From Gammaproteobacteria bacterium (lineage in GTDB: Bacteria; Pseudomonadota; Gammaproteobacteria; DRLM01), in NCBI GenBank assembly GCA_011375345.1, contig DRLM01000017.1:675-64674 (forward strand): 64,000 bases of DNA, written 5' to 3'. The first letter of the stretch is position 1. The number at the start of each line of letters is the position of its first letter. Below the pieces are notes generated by a model that saw only the letters and a list, made by a program, of their open reading frames with translations, searched no databases and was not told the origin of the DNA. The position numbers were made by a program, and so were the translations under genes. Below are positions 9,466 to 18,170 of this stretch, piece after piece.

Positions 9466-10304
9466 CTCCATCCGCATCACTGGCCCTGGATGCCCGCATC
9501 GCGCCGCGCCGCCGGTGCGCCCATGATTCATCCACGGCGCCCACCCGCTTGCGCCTGCTGAGCTACAACATTCAGACGGCCGTGGCCTCGGTCCGCCCCC
9601 ACCACTATCTGACCCGGGGCTGGAAGCATGTGCTGCCGCATTCGTCCACCTTCGACAACCTGGACCGCATTGCCAGACTGATCGGCCAGTACGACATTGT
9701 CGCGCTGCAGGAAGCCGATGCCGGCAGTTTGCGCAGTTACTTCATCAACCAGGTGGAATACCTGGCCCGGCGGGGGCAGTTCGCGCACTGGTTTCACCAG
9801 ACCAACCGGGACTTCGGCAAGCTCGCCCAGCAAAGTAACGGGCTGCTCAGCAAACTGCCTCCGGGAAATATCTCCCAACACCGTCTGCCCGGCCTGATCC
9901 CCGGCCGCGGCGCCATGGTGGTGAACTATGGTCACCGGCACACCCGGCTCGCCCTGATACTGGTCCATCTGGCCCTGGGCCGGCGCGCGCGGCAACAGCA
10001 GTTGGCTTATATCGCCGAGCTGCTGGGGGATTACCGTCATGCCGTGGTGATGGGAGACTTCAACTGCCCCTCACACAGCCCCGAGATGGAGGCGTTTTTG
10101 GATCAAACAGAACTGTGCGCGCCGGCGGAACAACTGCACACGTTCCCAAGCTGGCGGCCGATGCGCAATATCGACCATATCCTGGTCACCCCCAGCCTGC
10201 CCGTCACCCGCATGCAGGTGCTCAATCATGTGATTTCAGATCACCTGCCCATTGCCATGGAGCTGGAAATTCCCGCAGAGGTGGGGCTGGGGTATCACGC
10301 CTGA
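9462..10304 (+). CDS. Endonuclease/exonuclease/phosphatase (EEP) family protein
   Basis: LLSYNIQTA...IVALQEADAGSL...VVMGDFNCPSHSPEM...IDHILVT...ISDHLPIAMEL carries EEP catalytic motifs. ATG 9462 overlaps the upstream stop (ATGA). Confidence 0.8.
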   Translation: MTPSASLALDARIAPRRRCAHDSSTAPTRLRLLSYNIQTAVASVRPHHYLTRGWKHVLPHSSTFDNLDRIARLIGQYDIVALQEADAGSLRSYFINQVEYLARRGQFAHWFHQTNRDFGKLAQQSNGLLSKLPPGNISQHRLPGLIPGRGAMVVNYGHRHTRLALILVHLALGRRARQQQLAYIAELLGDYRHAVVMGDFNCPSHSPEMEAFLDQTELCAPAEQLHTFPSWRPMRNIDHILVTPSLPVTRMQVLNHVISDHLPIAMELEIPAEVGLGYHA

Positions 10305-10310
10305 GCGGTG

Positions 10311-10442
10311 TCAGTCCCGCTCAATGTGCTGACGTGCCCGCGCGGCGTCCATTCGGCGATGACGCAGATCGTCCCAGGCAAAGAGCGCCAGAACGCCGAC
10401 CACGAGAATCAGAATTACGATTTGAAAGATGATAGGTCCCAC
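10311..10442 (-). CDS. Possible small membrane protein (43 aa)
   Basis: GTG at 10442 is preceded by AAGGAAAAGACC (SD 8 nt upstream). Product is VGPIIFQIVILILVVGVLALFAWDDLRHRRMDAARARQHIERD, one TM helix plus a basic tail. Only sequence-level support. Confidence 0.3.
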   Translation of the reverse strand: MGPIIFQIVILILVVGVLALFAWDDLRHRRMDAARARQHIERD

Positions 10443-10759
10443 GGTCTTTTCCTTAGTTTGCGACAAACCGATTAGCAGTATAGCCTCCCCGGCATTGAAA
10501 ATCCGATAGTCCCGCTCAGTTTTGATCGGGCAGGAACCAGGATCACCCCCGCCGCCACAGAATGCAGCGTGCGGATTTCCCGCACTGCACGCTTGAGGAA
10601 GGGCTTCACAGCCCAGCGAATGACTGGAAAACGCAACTGATGCAGTTTCAGTCCTGAACGCTGTAACGGAAAACCCTCCGTGCACCAGATGCGCCTCTCT
10701 CCGTAATCGGGCTTTGACGGCCCGCTCGAACCAAAATCAAGCACCTAATGCAGATACCG

Positions 10760-10893
10760 CTTGCTCAGCAACAAGCTGTGCCCGGTGCACGGAAGCACCG
10801 TCATTCATCAAATGATATAAGACAGCCGGATACCGCGTGGGCAGCGGCCAGACTTGAAAAAGGCCAGAAAAGCCTTTTCCAACATCCTGTTAA
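10760..10893 (+). repeat. Intergenic repeat element, copy C (partial: core + 3' hairpin). Same family as 57073..57274 and 59016..59232
   Basis: It shares ...GTGCACGGAAGCACCGTCATTCATCAAATGAT... and ...GGCCAGACTTGAAAAAGGCCAGAAAAGCCTTTTCCAACATCCTGTTA with the other copies (TGCACCGTCA core; CAACATCCTGTTA end). The hairpin is TTGAAAAAGGC/GCCTTTTCCAA. Confidence 0.6.
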
Positions 10894-10974
10894 GGAACAG
10901 TTCAGCTTGACGGGATATTGTGCCCCAAACCATGGATGTTGCCATGGCAGGTTCCAGGAAAAGGAGGCACGATC

Positions 10975-12624
10975 ATGACCATTCGAACCATTGTACTTGC
11001 CGGCGCCGTCATCATGCTGGGCGCTTGCAACAGCGGAAACGTATCATCCCCCCCCGGCAAGCCCGGAAACAATGCGTCCGGGCAGCCCGCTTCCACCGCG
11101 GCCTCGTCGGCACCAGTGTCGGCGATGATCACCGACGATCTGAGCACCGCCTACGACGAAGTGTGGGTCACCGTGATTCAGGTCACCGCTGTGAGTGGCG
11201 ACGGTGGGGAATATGTGTTGTTTGACGCCCCTGACGGCGCGGTCTTCAATCTGCGTGAGCTGGCCGATGTGGCCACTTTGCTGGATACCGCAGACCTGCC
11301 CGCCGGTCATTACCCGCAACTCCGGGTGACTTTGGGTGGCGATCTCACCCTGGTGGATCCCCGGGGCCAGGTGCTGCAGGCCCGTTTCACTCCGGGCGGT
11401 GGTCCGAAAGTGCTGACCGTGGCGGCGGATCTTTCGGTCCGGGACGGCCAGCCGGCCAGCTTTGCCCTGGACTTCGACCTCAAGCAATTCAACTATGACC
11501 CCGCCACCGGCCTGGCCACGGCGACCATTGTCTATCGCGACGAGCGCAGCCTGCGCACCCTTCCGGCCCTCAGGGCCGAGTTGTCCGGGCAGGTGACGGC
11601 GGTCACCGACAGCCAACACTTCACCGTCTCGCCCGCGCACAGCGCCGGCGCCGTGGCCGTGACCCTGGCCGCCCAGGCAGTGGTGGTGGACCGCGCCAGC
11701 GACGCGGTGAAGAACGACACCGCTGCCCTGGCCAGCGGCCGGCGGGTGGAGATCTACGGCAACTACGATCCCACGGCGCTGACCATGGAGGCGCTGCGCG
11801 TGACGATCAAGGCCGCCGCTGGCGATGACCTGAACACCCGCGACGAAGCCGAGGGCCGGGTCGTCAGCTTCGACGGCAGCAGCCTGGTGCTGGATGTCAA
11901 AGAGGCCAGCTTCGTGCCCCCCGCCGACTTTCTCACCGTGGCCAATGTCAGCAACGCCCGTTTCACCAAAGGCCGGATGGAGCTGCTGCAAAGCGGCCAG
12001 GAGGTGGTGATCAAAGGGAGCCGGGACGGCAGCCTGCTGTTGGCGGACACGGTGGAAATAGACGGGGCGGCGGCTCCCTCCAGCCAGCGCCCCTTTGAGG
12101 TGGAATACGCCGAGCTGAGCGGCCGGATCAAAGCGCAGGACGGCGACCGGCTCACCGTCACCGTGGGGAAGGCGGAGCATTTTGCTGTCCCGGTGGGCGC
12201 CGAGATGGACGTGGACATCAGCAGCGCCTGGTTCAAGCGGGGGGAGCGGCGCTGCCTTACCGTCGGTGCGCACGCCGAATTCAAGGGCGCAGTGGAAAAC
12301 GGGGCCTTCGTCGCCCGCGCAGTCAAGGTGGAAAGTGGCTGCGGCGTGGGGGCGGCCGATGACGGGCACGGTACAGCCACCAGCGACGAGGGTTCCAGCG
12401 ACGGTGACCGTCAGCGCTCCCGGACCGACGACAGTTCATCGCCGGACGACCGGGCCGGTGCCAGTGACAAGGCGGGAGACGACCATTCCAGCAGCGCCGG
12501 CAGCGCGTCCGATGACCGTTCCAGCGCCCGCGATGGCGCGCGGGATGATCGTTTCGACCGCGGAGACGAGGCGGAGGATGACCCTTCCGGTGACCGGGAC
12601 AGCACCTCAGCCGACGCTCATTAA
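10975..12624 (+). CDS. DUF4382-like lipoprotein with an acidic Ser/Asp-rich C-terminal tail
   Basis: AAGGAGG RBS, 7-nt spacer, ATG 10975. Lipoprotein signal MTIRTIVLAGAVIMLGAC (lipobox LGAC). ITDDLSTAYDEVWVTVIQVTAV...FDAPDGAVFNL matches the DUF4382 N-terminal pattern. The last ~95 aa are D/S/G-rich. Paralogous to 15210..17141. Confidence 0.75.
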   Translation: MTIRTIVLAGAVIMLGACNSGNVSSPPGKPGNNASGQPASTAASSAPVSAMITDDLSTAYDEVWVTVIQVTAVSGDGGEYVLFDAPDGAVFNLRELADVATLLDTADLPAGHYPQLRVTLGGDLTLVDPRGQVLQARFTPGGGPKVLTVAADLSVRDGQPASFALDFDLKQFNYDPATGLATATIVYRDERSLRTLPALRAELSGQVTAVTDSQHFTVSPAHSAGAVAVTLAAQAVVVDRASDAVKNDTAALASGRRVEIYGNYDPTALTMEALRVTIKAAAGDDLNTRDEAEGRVVSFDGSSLVLDVKEASFVPPADFLTVANVSNARFTKGRMELLQSGQEVVIKGSRDGSLLLADTVEIDGAAAPSSQRPFEVEYAELSGRIKAQDGDRLTVTVGKAEHFAVPVGAEMDVDISSAWFKRGERRCLTVGAHAEFKGAVENGAFVARAVKVESGCGVGAADDGHGTATSDEGSSDGDRQRSRTDDSSSPDDRAGASDKAGDDHSSSAGSASDDRSSARDGARDDRFDRGDEAEDDPSGDRDSTSADAH

Positions 12625-12896
12625 GCCGCCCGCCCAGACGCCGCCCCCCGGGCGGCGCTGATTTCGTGGCTGCGCCAGGCTTGGCGCGTAGCGCTGTGAC
12701 TGGCGCTACTCCCCGGACTGCGGTGGCGAGGGGCGGACGTGGGGGTGTTCCTGCAAGGGGTGGGGATGTTGCCGCGGGATTGCGCTCTGATCCAAGCGTT
12801 TGGTGGTGCACGGCGCTCTGCCTGAACCGCCGCGCGCCGCACACATTGTCGCCCGGCATCGCGGGGGAATAAGCCGCCAGCGGGCTTGAACCGCCC

Positions 12897-13889
12897 TCAG
12901 CCCGCGTCCCGCGCACAGCGAAAGCCGACGTCTTCCGAACGCAGCTCCGGCTCCGCGTACTGGCGGGCGGCGCCGCGGAAGAACAGGCTCAAGGCATAGT
13001 GGCCTATGCCGCCGCCACCGCCGCGGATCACTTTGTATTTTTCACCAAAGTTGGCGCTGCTGTAGTCACTGCCGGGATAGGGCTGGTACCAGTCGGCGGT
13101 CCACTCCCACACATTGCCGGCCATGTCGTAGGCGCCGTAGGGGGACCGGTTGCCGGGATAGGCGCCCACGGGGGCGATGCCTTCTTCCCAGTCTTCGTTG
13201 TCGCCGGTGTTGGTGACGGTGGGATCCCACTCGTTGCCCCAGGGATATTCCAGGCCAGCGGGACCGCGGGCGGCTTTTTCCCATTCCGCTTCCGTGGGCA
13301 GGCGTTTGCCGCGCCATTGGCAATAGGCCTGGGCTTCGGCCCAGGTCATGCCGGTGGCGGGGTAGGGGTCCATCGCTTTTTGCGCCGCCTCCATGGCGGT
13401 CATCAGGGCTTTGCGGCTCATGGTGCGGGTGTCCATGTCGAAGCGGAAATGCTCGGCGGCGATGATGCGCAGGATTTTCATGTCCAGGCGTGCCGCTTCT
13501 TCCATGGTGAGGCCGTAGCCGTTGTAGTTCCAGGGCACGGGCAGGGGGCGCTCGGTTTTGAAGATGAAGGCCTTGAACTCAGCGTTGCTGACTTCGTATT
13601 TGTCGATGTAAAAGGCGGGCAGGGTGACGCGGTGCCGGGGGTGTTCGTCCAGGTACAAAGGGGCGGGAAAACCGTAGCGGCTGCTCAAATTCTCCTTGTC
13701 CTCTTTGTTGCTGCCCATGATGAAGTCGCCGGCGGAAACGAGGACCATTTCTTCGGTGACTGTATCGGGGGCGGCTGGGGGCGGGGAGGGGGGGGCCGCG
13801 GCGCCGCTGTTTTTGTCACAGGCGGTGAGCAGCGCGGTGAGGGCACCAACCAGCAGCGGAATGCGTTTTTTCGGAAAGAGCGGTATCAA
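12897..13889 (-). CDS. FGE-sulfatase/SUMF1 (PvdO/EgtB-like C-type-lectin fold) family lipoprotein lacking the FGE catalytic Cys pair
   Basis: TTG 13889 gives MIPLFPKKRIPLLVGALTALLTAC (lipobox). The alternative ATG 13997 would add 36 non-signal residues. Conserved FGE-fold motifs are YIDKYEVSNAEF, AQAYCQWRGKRLPTEAEWEKAARG, GNVWEWTADWY and GFRCARD. No C-x4-C pair precedes GFRC. Confidence 0.8.
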   Translation of the reverse strand: MIPLFPKKRIPLLVGALTALLTACDKNSGAAAPPSPPPAAPDTVTEEMVLVSAGDFIMGSNKEDKENLSSRYGFPAPLYLDEHPRHRVTLPAFYIDKYEVSNAEFKAFIFKTERPLPVPWNYNGYGLTMEEAARLDMKILRIIAAEHFRFDMDTRTMSRKALMTAMEAAQKAMDPYPATGMTWAEAQAYCQWRGKRLPTEAEWEKAARGPAGLEYPWGNEWDPTVTNTGDNEDWEEGIAPVGAYPGNRSPYGAYDMAGNVWEWTADWYQPYPGSDYSSANFGEKYKVIRGGGGGIGHYALSLFFRGAARQYAEPELRSEDVGFRCARDAG

Positions 13890-13944
13890 GGTTGCAGTCT
13901 CTGGCAATGGGTGTCGCTTTCTCTCATCATGCAAAAGGGGCCGG

Positions 13945-14997
13945 TTATTTTTTTTCTCCCTGACTCCTTTTTGCCGACGGGGTGGATGAGAGGGCATGCT
14001 CTGCTGCGGCGTCTTTGGCGCAGCGGAAACCGAAGGTATCGTTTTTGGTTTTGCGGGAGAAGAAGGCGCGGTTGTACACCGGCGCGGAGATGCCGCATTT
14101 GTAGAACGAACAGTCGAACCAGGAGCCGCCTTTCAGCGTCTTGTAGCGCTTGCCGTAATTTTCCGAGGGGGTGTGGTTGCCGGGATAGGCTTCATACCAG
14201 CTCGCCGTCCATTCCCACACATTGCCGGCCATGTCGTAGACACCGTAGGGGCTCTGGCCGCTTTCGAAGGCACCCACGGGGGTGGTGTCCCCGGGCTGGC
14301 CGATGGCGGCCCAGCGCACGGGGGTGTTGGCGCGGGGAAGGCCGAATTCATTACCCCAGGGGAAGCGGCGGCCGTCAGTGCCGCGGGCGGCTTTTTCCCA
14401 TTCCGCATCGGTGGGCAGGCGCTTGCCGGCCCATTGGCAATAGTTCCTGGCGTCGTACCAGTTGACGAAGGTGACGGGATGATCGGCCTTGCCGCGGGGG
14501 TAGGTGCGGTTGACGAAGTGGCGCGGCGAGCGGCGGCCGGCTTCGTCGATGTATTTTTTGTATTGGAGGTTGGTGACCTCATAGCGGTCGATCCAAAACG
14601 CCGGCAGGTCCACCACGTGCTGGGGGCCTTCGTCGGACAGGCGCTCGTCGGTGCCCATGATGAAGGGCCCGGCAGGGATGCGGACCATGGAATTGGGCTC
14701 TGCCCCCAGGCGGCTGTCCTCGTAGTAGAGGGGCAGGGACATGCCGGCGTCGGCCGCCAGGGTGCCCGCCTCCATTTCCGGCTCTTCGCCGGGGGCGACG
14801 GATACCGCCGGCGCGGCCCCGCCGGCGCGGTGGCAGCGCTGACAGCCGGCCCGACTGTCAGCAATGAGTCTGGCCGTGTCCATGCCCTCGCTGTGGCAGC
14901 GGATGCAGCCCTGCTCGCTGTGCAGATGATCAGCAGGCCGCGGCCCGGCCGCGGCGGCCAGGGCGGCGCTTAAAAACAGGGTGAAACTCAAAGCCAT
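13945..14997 (-). CDS. Secreted FGE-sulfatase/SUMF1 family protein with two N-terminal CxxCH (c-type haem binding) motifs and a conserved FGE-like Cys-x4-Cys pair
   Basis: Signal peptide MALSFTLFLSAALAAAAG. CIRCH (14889..14906) and CQRCH (14828..14849). FGE-fold motifs WIDRYEVTNLQY, ARNYCQWAGKRLPTDAEWEKAARG and GNVWEWTASWY. GGSWFDCSFYKCG (14086..14120) aligns with the human FGE catalytic region. Ends GFRCAKD. Confidence 0.8.
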   Translation of the reverse strand: MALSFTLFLSAALAAAAGPRPADHLHSEQGCIRCHSEGMDTARLIADSRAGCQRCHRAGGAAPAVSVAPGEEPEMEAGTLAADAGMSLPLYYEDSRLGAEPNSMVRIPAGPFIMGTDERLSDEGPQHVVDLPAFWIDRYEVTNLQYKKYIDEAGRRSPRHFVNRTYPRGKADHPVTFVNWYDARNYCQWAGKRLPTDAEWEKAARGTDGRRFPWGNEFGLPRANTPVRWAAIGQPGDTTPVGAFESGQSPYGVYDMAGNVWEWTASWYEAYPGNHTPSENYGKRYKTLKGGSWFDCSFYKCGISAPVYNRAFFSRKTKNDTFGFRCAKDAAAEHALSSTPSAKRSQGEKK

Positions 14998-15209
14998 GGT
15001 GTGGCGTTCCTGAAAGCGGAGCGGCGCCCCCCGCGGACGCGCCCGATCGAACCCAGTGCCGTCAAAGGGCAGGCATTATAAAGCATTGCCGGCGGCGGCG
15101 CCGAAGCCGTGTCAACCGATCCCGGCTGCGGCACGTTGAACCAGACACCTACACACGACACCGGCTTGCACCGGGTTTGACAACACTGAAACAAAACTGG
15201 AGGAGAACC

Positions 15210-17141
15210 ATGACACCATTTGCACCGGATTCATTTACATGGCGCGCTTTGCGCCGGGGTGCCGCGGGCTTGCTGCTGGTGCCGGCATTGCTGCTGGGGG
15301 CCTGCGGCGGGGGTTCCGACAGCAATGACCGCACTCTGACCAGCCAGAGCGAAGGCGAGGTGGTCATCGGCCTCACCGACGCCGCGGGCGATTTCCTGGC
15401 CTACGGCGTGGACGTGCTGTCCTTGTCCCTGACCCGTGCCGACGGCACGGAGGTGAATACCCTGCCGGCCACCACCCGCATCGACTTCGCCCAGTACACG
15501 GAGATGACGGAGTTTCTGACCGCTGCCACCATCCCCAACGGGCGCTACGTCAAGGCCACAATGAAACTGAAATATGACGGCGATCCGCCCGCTGATATTC
15601 AGGTGGAGGACGCTGACGGCAAGGCTGTGGCCGCCACCACCATCCTGGACGAAGACGGCAATCCCGCCACCGAACTGAGCGTGGACGTGCAGCTGGAAAA
15701 CGACCGGCCGTTGATCGTCGCCCCCGGAGTGCCCGCCCACATGACCCTGGATTTTGACCTGGCCGCCTCCCACAGCGTGGATTTGAGCGACCCGGCCAAC
15801 CCCGTGGTCACCGTGCAGCCTTTCCTGGTGGCGGATGTGGATCTGGACGAGCCCAAGCCCCACCGCTTGCGGGGCCGCCTAGCGGAAGTGGATCAGGCCA
15901 ATGAGGTCATCACCATTCAGATCCGCCCGGTGTTCCATGTCGGTGATCACGAGTTCGGCCGCTTCAAGGCCTATGTCAGCGACAGCACCGTGTACGAAGT
16001 GGACGGGGAAAGCTACACTGGTGCCGCCGGTCTGGCCGCCCTGGCTTTGCAGGATCCCACCTCCATTGTCGTCGCCATCGGCGAGCTGGATGCGGACCGC
16101 AAATTCAACGCCAGCGAAGTCTATGGTGGTACCTCGGTGGCGGCCAACACCGTTGACGTGGTGCAGGGCCACGTCATCGCCCGCAGTGGGGATGAACTCA
16201 GCGTGCGCGGCGCCACGGTGGTGCGCAAAGACGGCAGCGTCATCTTTCACGACACGGTGGCGGTGACGGTGTGCGACAGCCAGTCGGCGCAGCCCACCAA
16301 GGTCACCAAGCAGGGTGGCGGCAGCGAAACACTGGATATCGACGCCATCTCCGTGGGCCAGCGCATCCGCTTAGGGGGCACCCTGAGCGAGGACGCCTCC
16401 GCCGGCAATCTGTCCCTGGATGCTTGCGGCGGTCATGCCCGGCTGCTGTGGACCCAGATGAGCGGCGAAGTGGTGGCCGTGGCCGACGGCCTGCTCACCC
16501 TGGAGCTGCAACACATCGGTGGCCGGCCGCTTAGCCTGTTCGACTTCAGCGGCACCGGCCTGACGTCGGCGCAGGATGCCGATCCGGCCAGCTATGAAGT
16601 CGATACCGGCACTTTGGACCTCAGCGACAGCGATGATGTCAGCACCATCGCAGTGGGCAGCGCGGTGAAAGTGCGCGGCTTCGTCACCGCCTTCGGTATG
16701 GCGCCGCCGGATTTCAGTGCCCGCACCGTCATCGACCTGGACAAGGCGCCGGCCCACCTGGGCGTGACCTGGCGGCCCGCCACCAATGAGGCCTTTGTCA
16801 GCACCAGCAGCGATCTGCTCATGCTGGACCTCACCCAGCCTCTGGGCAGCCGCCATCACATCTGGCGCCGCGGGGTTCTCACCGACCTGCTGGACTTCCA
16901 GCCCACCGCACCGGGTATCACCCCCAAAGCGACAAGCGGCCGGGGCCTTTACGGGCTGTTGCAGGACGGCACGGCCCAGGTGTTCACCGACTTCGCCAGC
17001 TTTGAGGCGGAGCTGGAGAACCGCTTGAGCGCCGGCGGTCTGGTGGCGGCCACCCACGGGAAGGGGACTTTTGACGATAGCAGCGTGACCTTCAGTGCCA
17101 ACCGCCTGATGGTGCGTCTGCGGGCACCGGCCGGGTCCTGA
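15210..17141 (+). CDS. DUF4382-like lipoprotein (paralogue of 10975..12624)
   Basis: GGAGGA RBS, then ATG 15210. MTPFAPDSFTWRALRRGAAGLLLVPALLLGAC has lipobox LGAC. GLTDAAGDFLAYGVDVLSLSLTRADGTEV...TTRIDF parallels the N-terminal region of the other DUF4382-like protein. The ORF-track start 15177 is upstream and in frame. Confidence 0.75.
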   Translation: MTPFAPDSFTWRALRRGAAGLLLVPALLLGACGGGSDSNDRTLTSQSEGEVVIGLTDAAGDFLAYGVDVLSLSLTRADGTEVNTLPATTRIDFAQYTEMTEFLTAATIPNGRYVKATMKLKYDGDPPADIQVEDADGKAVAATTILDEDGNPATELSVDVQLENDRPLIVAPGVPAHMTLDFDLAASHSVDLSDPANPVVTVQPFLVADVDLDEPKPHRLRGRLAEVDQANEVITIQIRPVFHVGDHEFGRFKAYVSDSTVYEVDGESYTGAAGLAALALQDPTSIVVAIGELDADRKFNASEVYGGTSVAANTVDVVQGHVIARSGDELSVRGATVVRKDGSVIFHDTVAVTVCDSQSAQPTKVTKQGGGSETLDIDAISVGQRIRLGGTLSEDASAGNLSLDACGGHARLLWTQMSGEVVAVADGLLTLELQHIGGRPLSLFDFSGTGLTSAQDADPASYEVDTGTLDLSDSDDVSTIAVGSAVKVRGFVTAFGMAPPDFSARTVIDLDKAPAHLGVTWRPATNEAFVSTSSDLLMLDLTQPLGSRHHIWRRGVLTDLLDFQPTAPGITPKATSGRGLYGLLQDGTAQVFTDFASFEAELENRLSAGGLVAATHGKGTFDDSSVTFSANRLMVRLRAPAGS

Positions 17142-17166
17142 CAGGCCTGGTGCGTATAGCCCCGCT

Positions 17167-17195
17167 TGGGCGGCCTTCGGGCCGCCCTTTTTTAT
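17167..17195 (+). terminator. Rho-independent terminator (convergent gene ends)
   Basis: GGGCGGCC-TTCG-GGCCGCCC followed by TTTTTTATT. Lies between the 15210..17141 (+) stop and the 17231 (-) stop. Confidence 0.75.
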
Positions 17196-17230
17196 TGACT
17201 CGTCCAATCAATATGTGGCCGGGTGTGACA

Positions 17231-18166
17231 TCACGGCCGCCCCGACCCCACCAGTTTGATCAACAGTTCCCGCGGATTGCGCTCCGGGCGGAACAGTTCC
17301 CGTTGCGCAATGGTGCCGAAGCGGGGGCTCAGTTGGTCCGCGATGAACCGGGCCTGAAACCGGGCCTCGGGGTGATAGTAGATAATCTCAGTGGTGTTCA
17401 CGCTGACATTGGCCACGTCCACGCCGCCCAGCGTAAAACCGCTTTCAGCCAGGGTGCGCACAATCCAGTCGCGGTCCCGCGACCAGGCTGTCGCGGCCGG
17501 ATCCAGGTGGATGGTGAGTTTGAACAACGAGTTTTGCAGACGCCTGGCGTCGTTGCGCGCCGCAGAGGCTTGCACGATGAGCTGCCGGGCCTGCGCCAGG
17601 CCGGCTTCCAGGCTTTGTTTCATTTGCGCCAGTTCCTCTTGCGCACTTTCGGGGTTCAGGCGGCGCAGCGCATCGCGCAGCGCTTCGAGGTTTTCTTTCT
17701 CCTGGCGCAGCGCCTTGTTCACGTCTTCGGCTTGCTGTCTGAACCGCTCAAAATCCCGTTCGAACTGTTCCGTTTTTGCTTTGACATCGGCCACGGAGGT
17801 TTCCGCCTCTTGCGCCACTGCCGCCACTTTGTTTTGCAGGCTCTGCATCCCTGCTTTAAAGTCGCCCGCCTGCCGGATGCCGAAAAACGCCAGCAAGGCC
17901 ATGCCCACACCCAGCAGCCAAAGCTGGCGCTTGGCCCAGGCCATGATCTTGACCTGGATGGTTTCCTGGGTTTCGGCCGCGACCAGGCGGGCCTCCCGTT
18001 TGAACTGGTCTGTGGCCTGGCGGGCAAGCTCATCGGCCAGCTTGGCCGCGGCACCCGGGTTTGCAAGCTGGCCGGCCGTGGCGGGCAGGGCTGCACCGCA
18101 CTGGCTGCAGTAGCGCTGGGTGGCGCTGATTTCCGCGTGGCAGTCGGGGCACTCCATGGGACGCAT
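17231..18166 (-). CDS. Zinc-ribbon / single-TM / coiled-coil protein with a C-terminal LytR_C-like domain
   Basis: N-terminal MECPDCHAEISATQRYCSQCG (CxxC...CxxC). TM helix LWLLGVGMALLAFFGI. Long coiled coil (QEAETSVADVKAKTEQFERDFERFRQQAEDVNKALRQEKENLEALRDAL). C-terminal ESGFTLGGVDVANVSVNTTEIIYYHPEARFQARFIADQL resembles LytR_C. Confidence 0.7.
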   Translation of the reverse strand: MRPMECPDCHAEISATQRYCSQCGAALPATAGQLANPGAAAKLADELARQATDQFKREARLVAAETQETIQVKIMAWAKRQLWLLGVGMALLAFFGIRQAGDFKAGMQSLQNKVAAVAQEAETSVADVKAKTEQFERDFERFRQQAEDVNKALRQEKENLEALRDALRRLNPESAQEELAQMKQSLEAGLAQARQLIVQASAARNDARRLQNSLFKLTIHLDPAATAWSRDRDWIVRTLAESGFTLGGVDVANVSVNTTEIIYYHPEARFQARFIADQLSPRFGTIAQRELFRPERNPRELLIKLVGSGRP

Positions 18167-18170
18167 TCCG

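Noticed and set aside
12897-13997. ATG 13997 as start of the FGE-family lipoprotein (ORF-track start)
   Set aside because: It would place 36 non-hydrophobic residues (MPSHPPRRQKGVREKKNNRPLLHDERKRHPLPETAT) before a perfect lipoprotein signal peptide and overlap the upstream gene by 53 nt. TTG 13889 gives a canonical signal and lipobox and leaves a 55-nt intergenic spacer.
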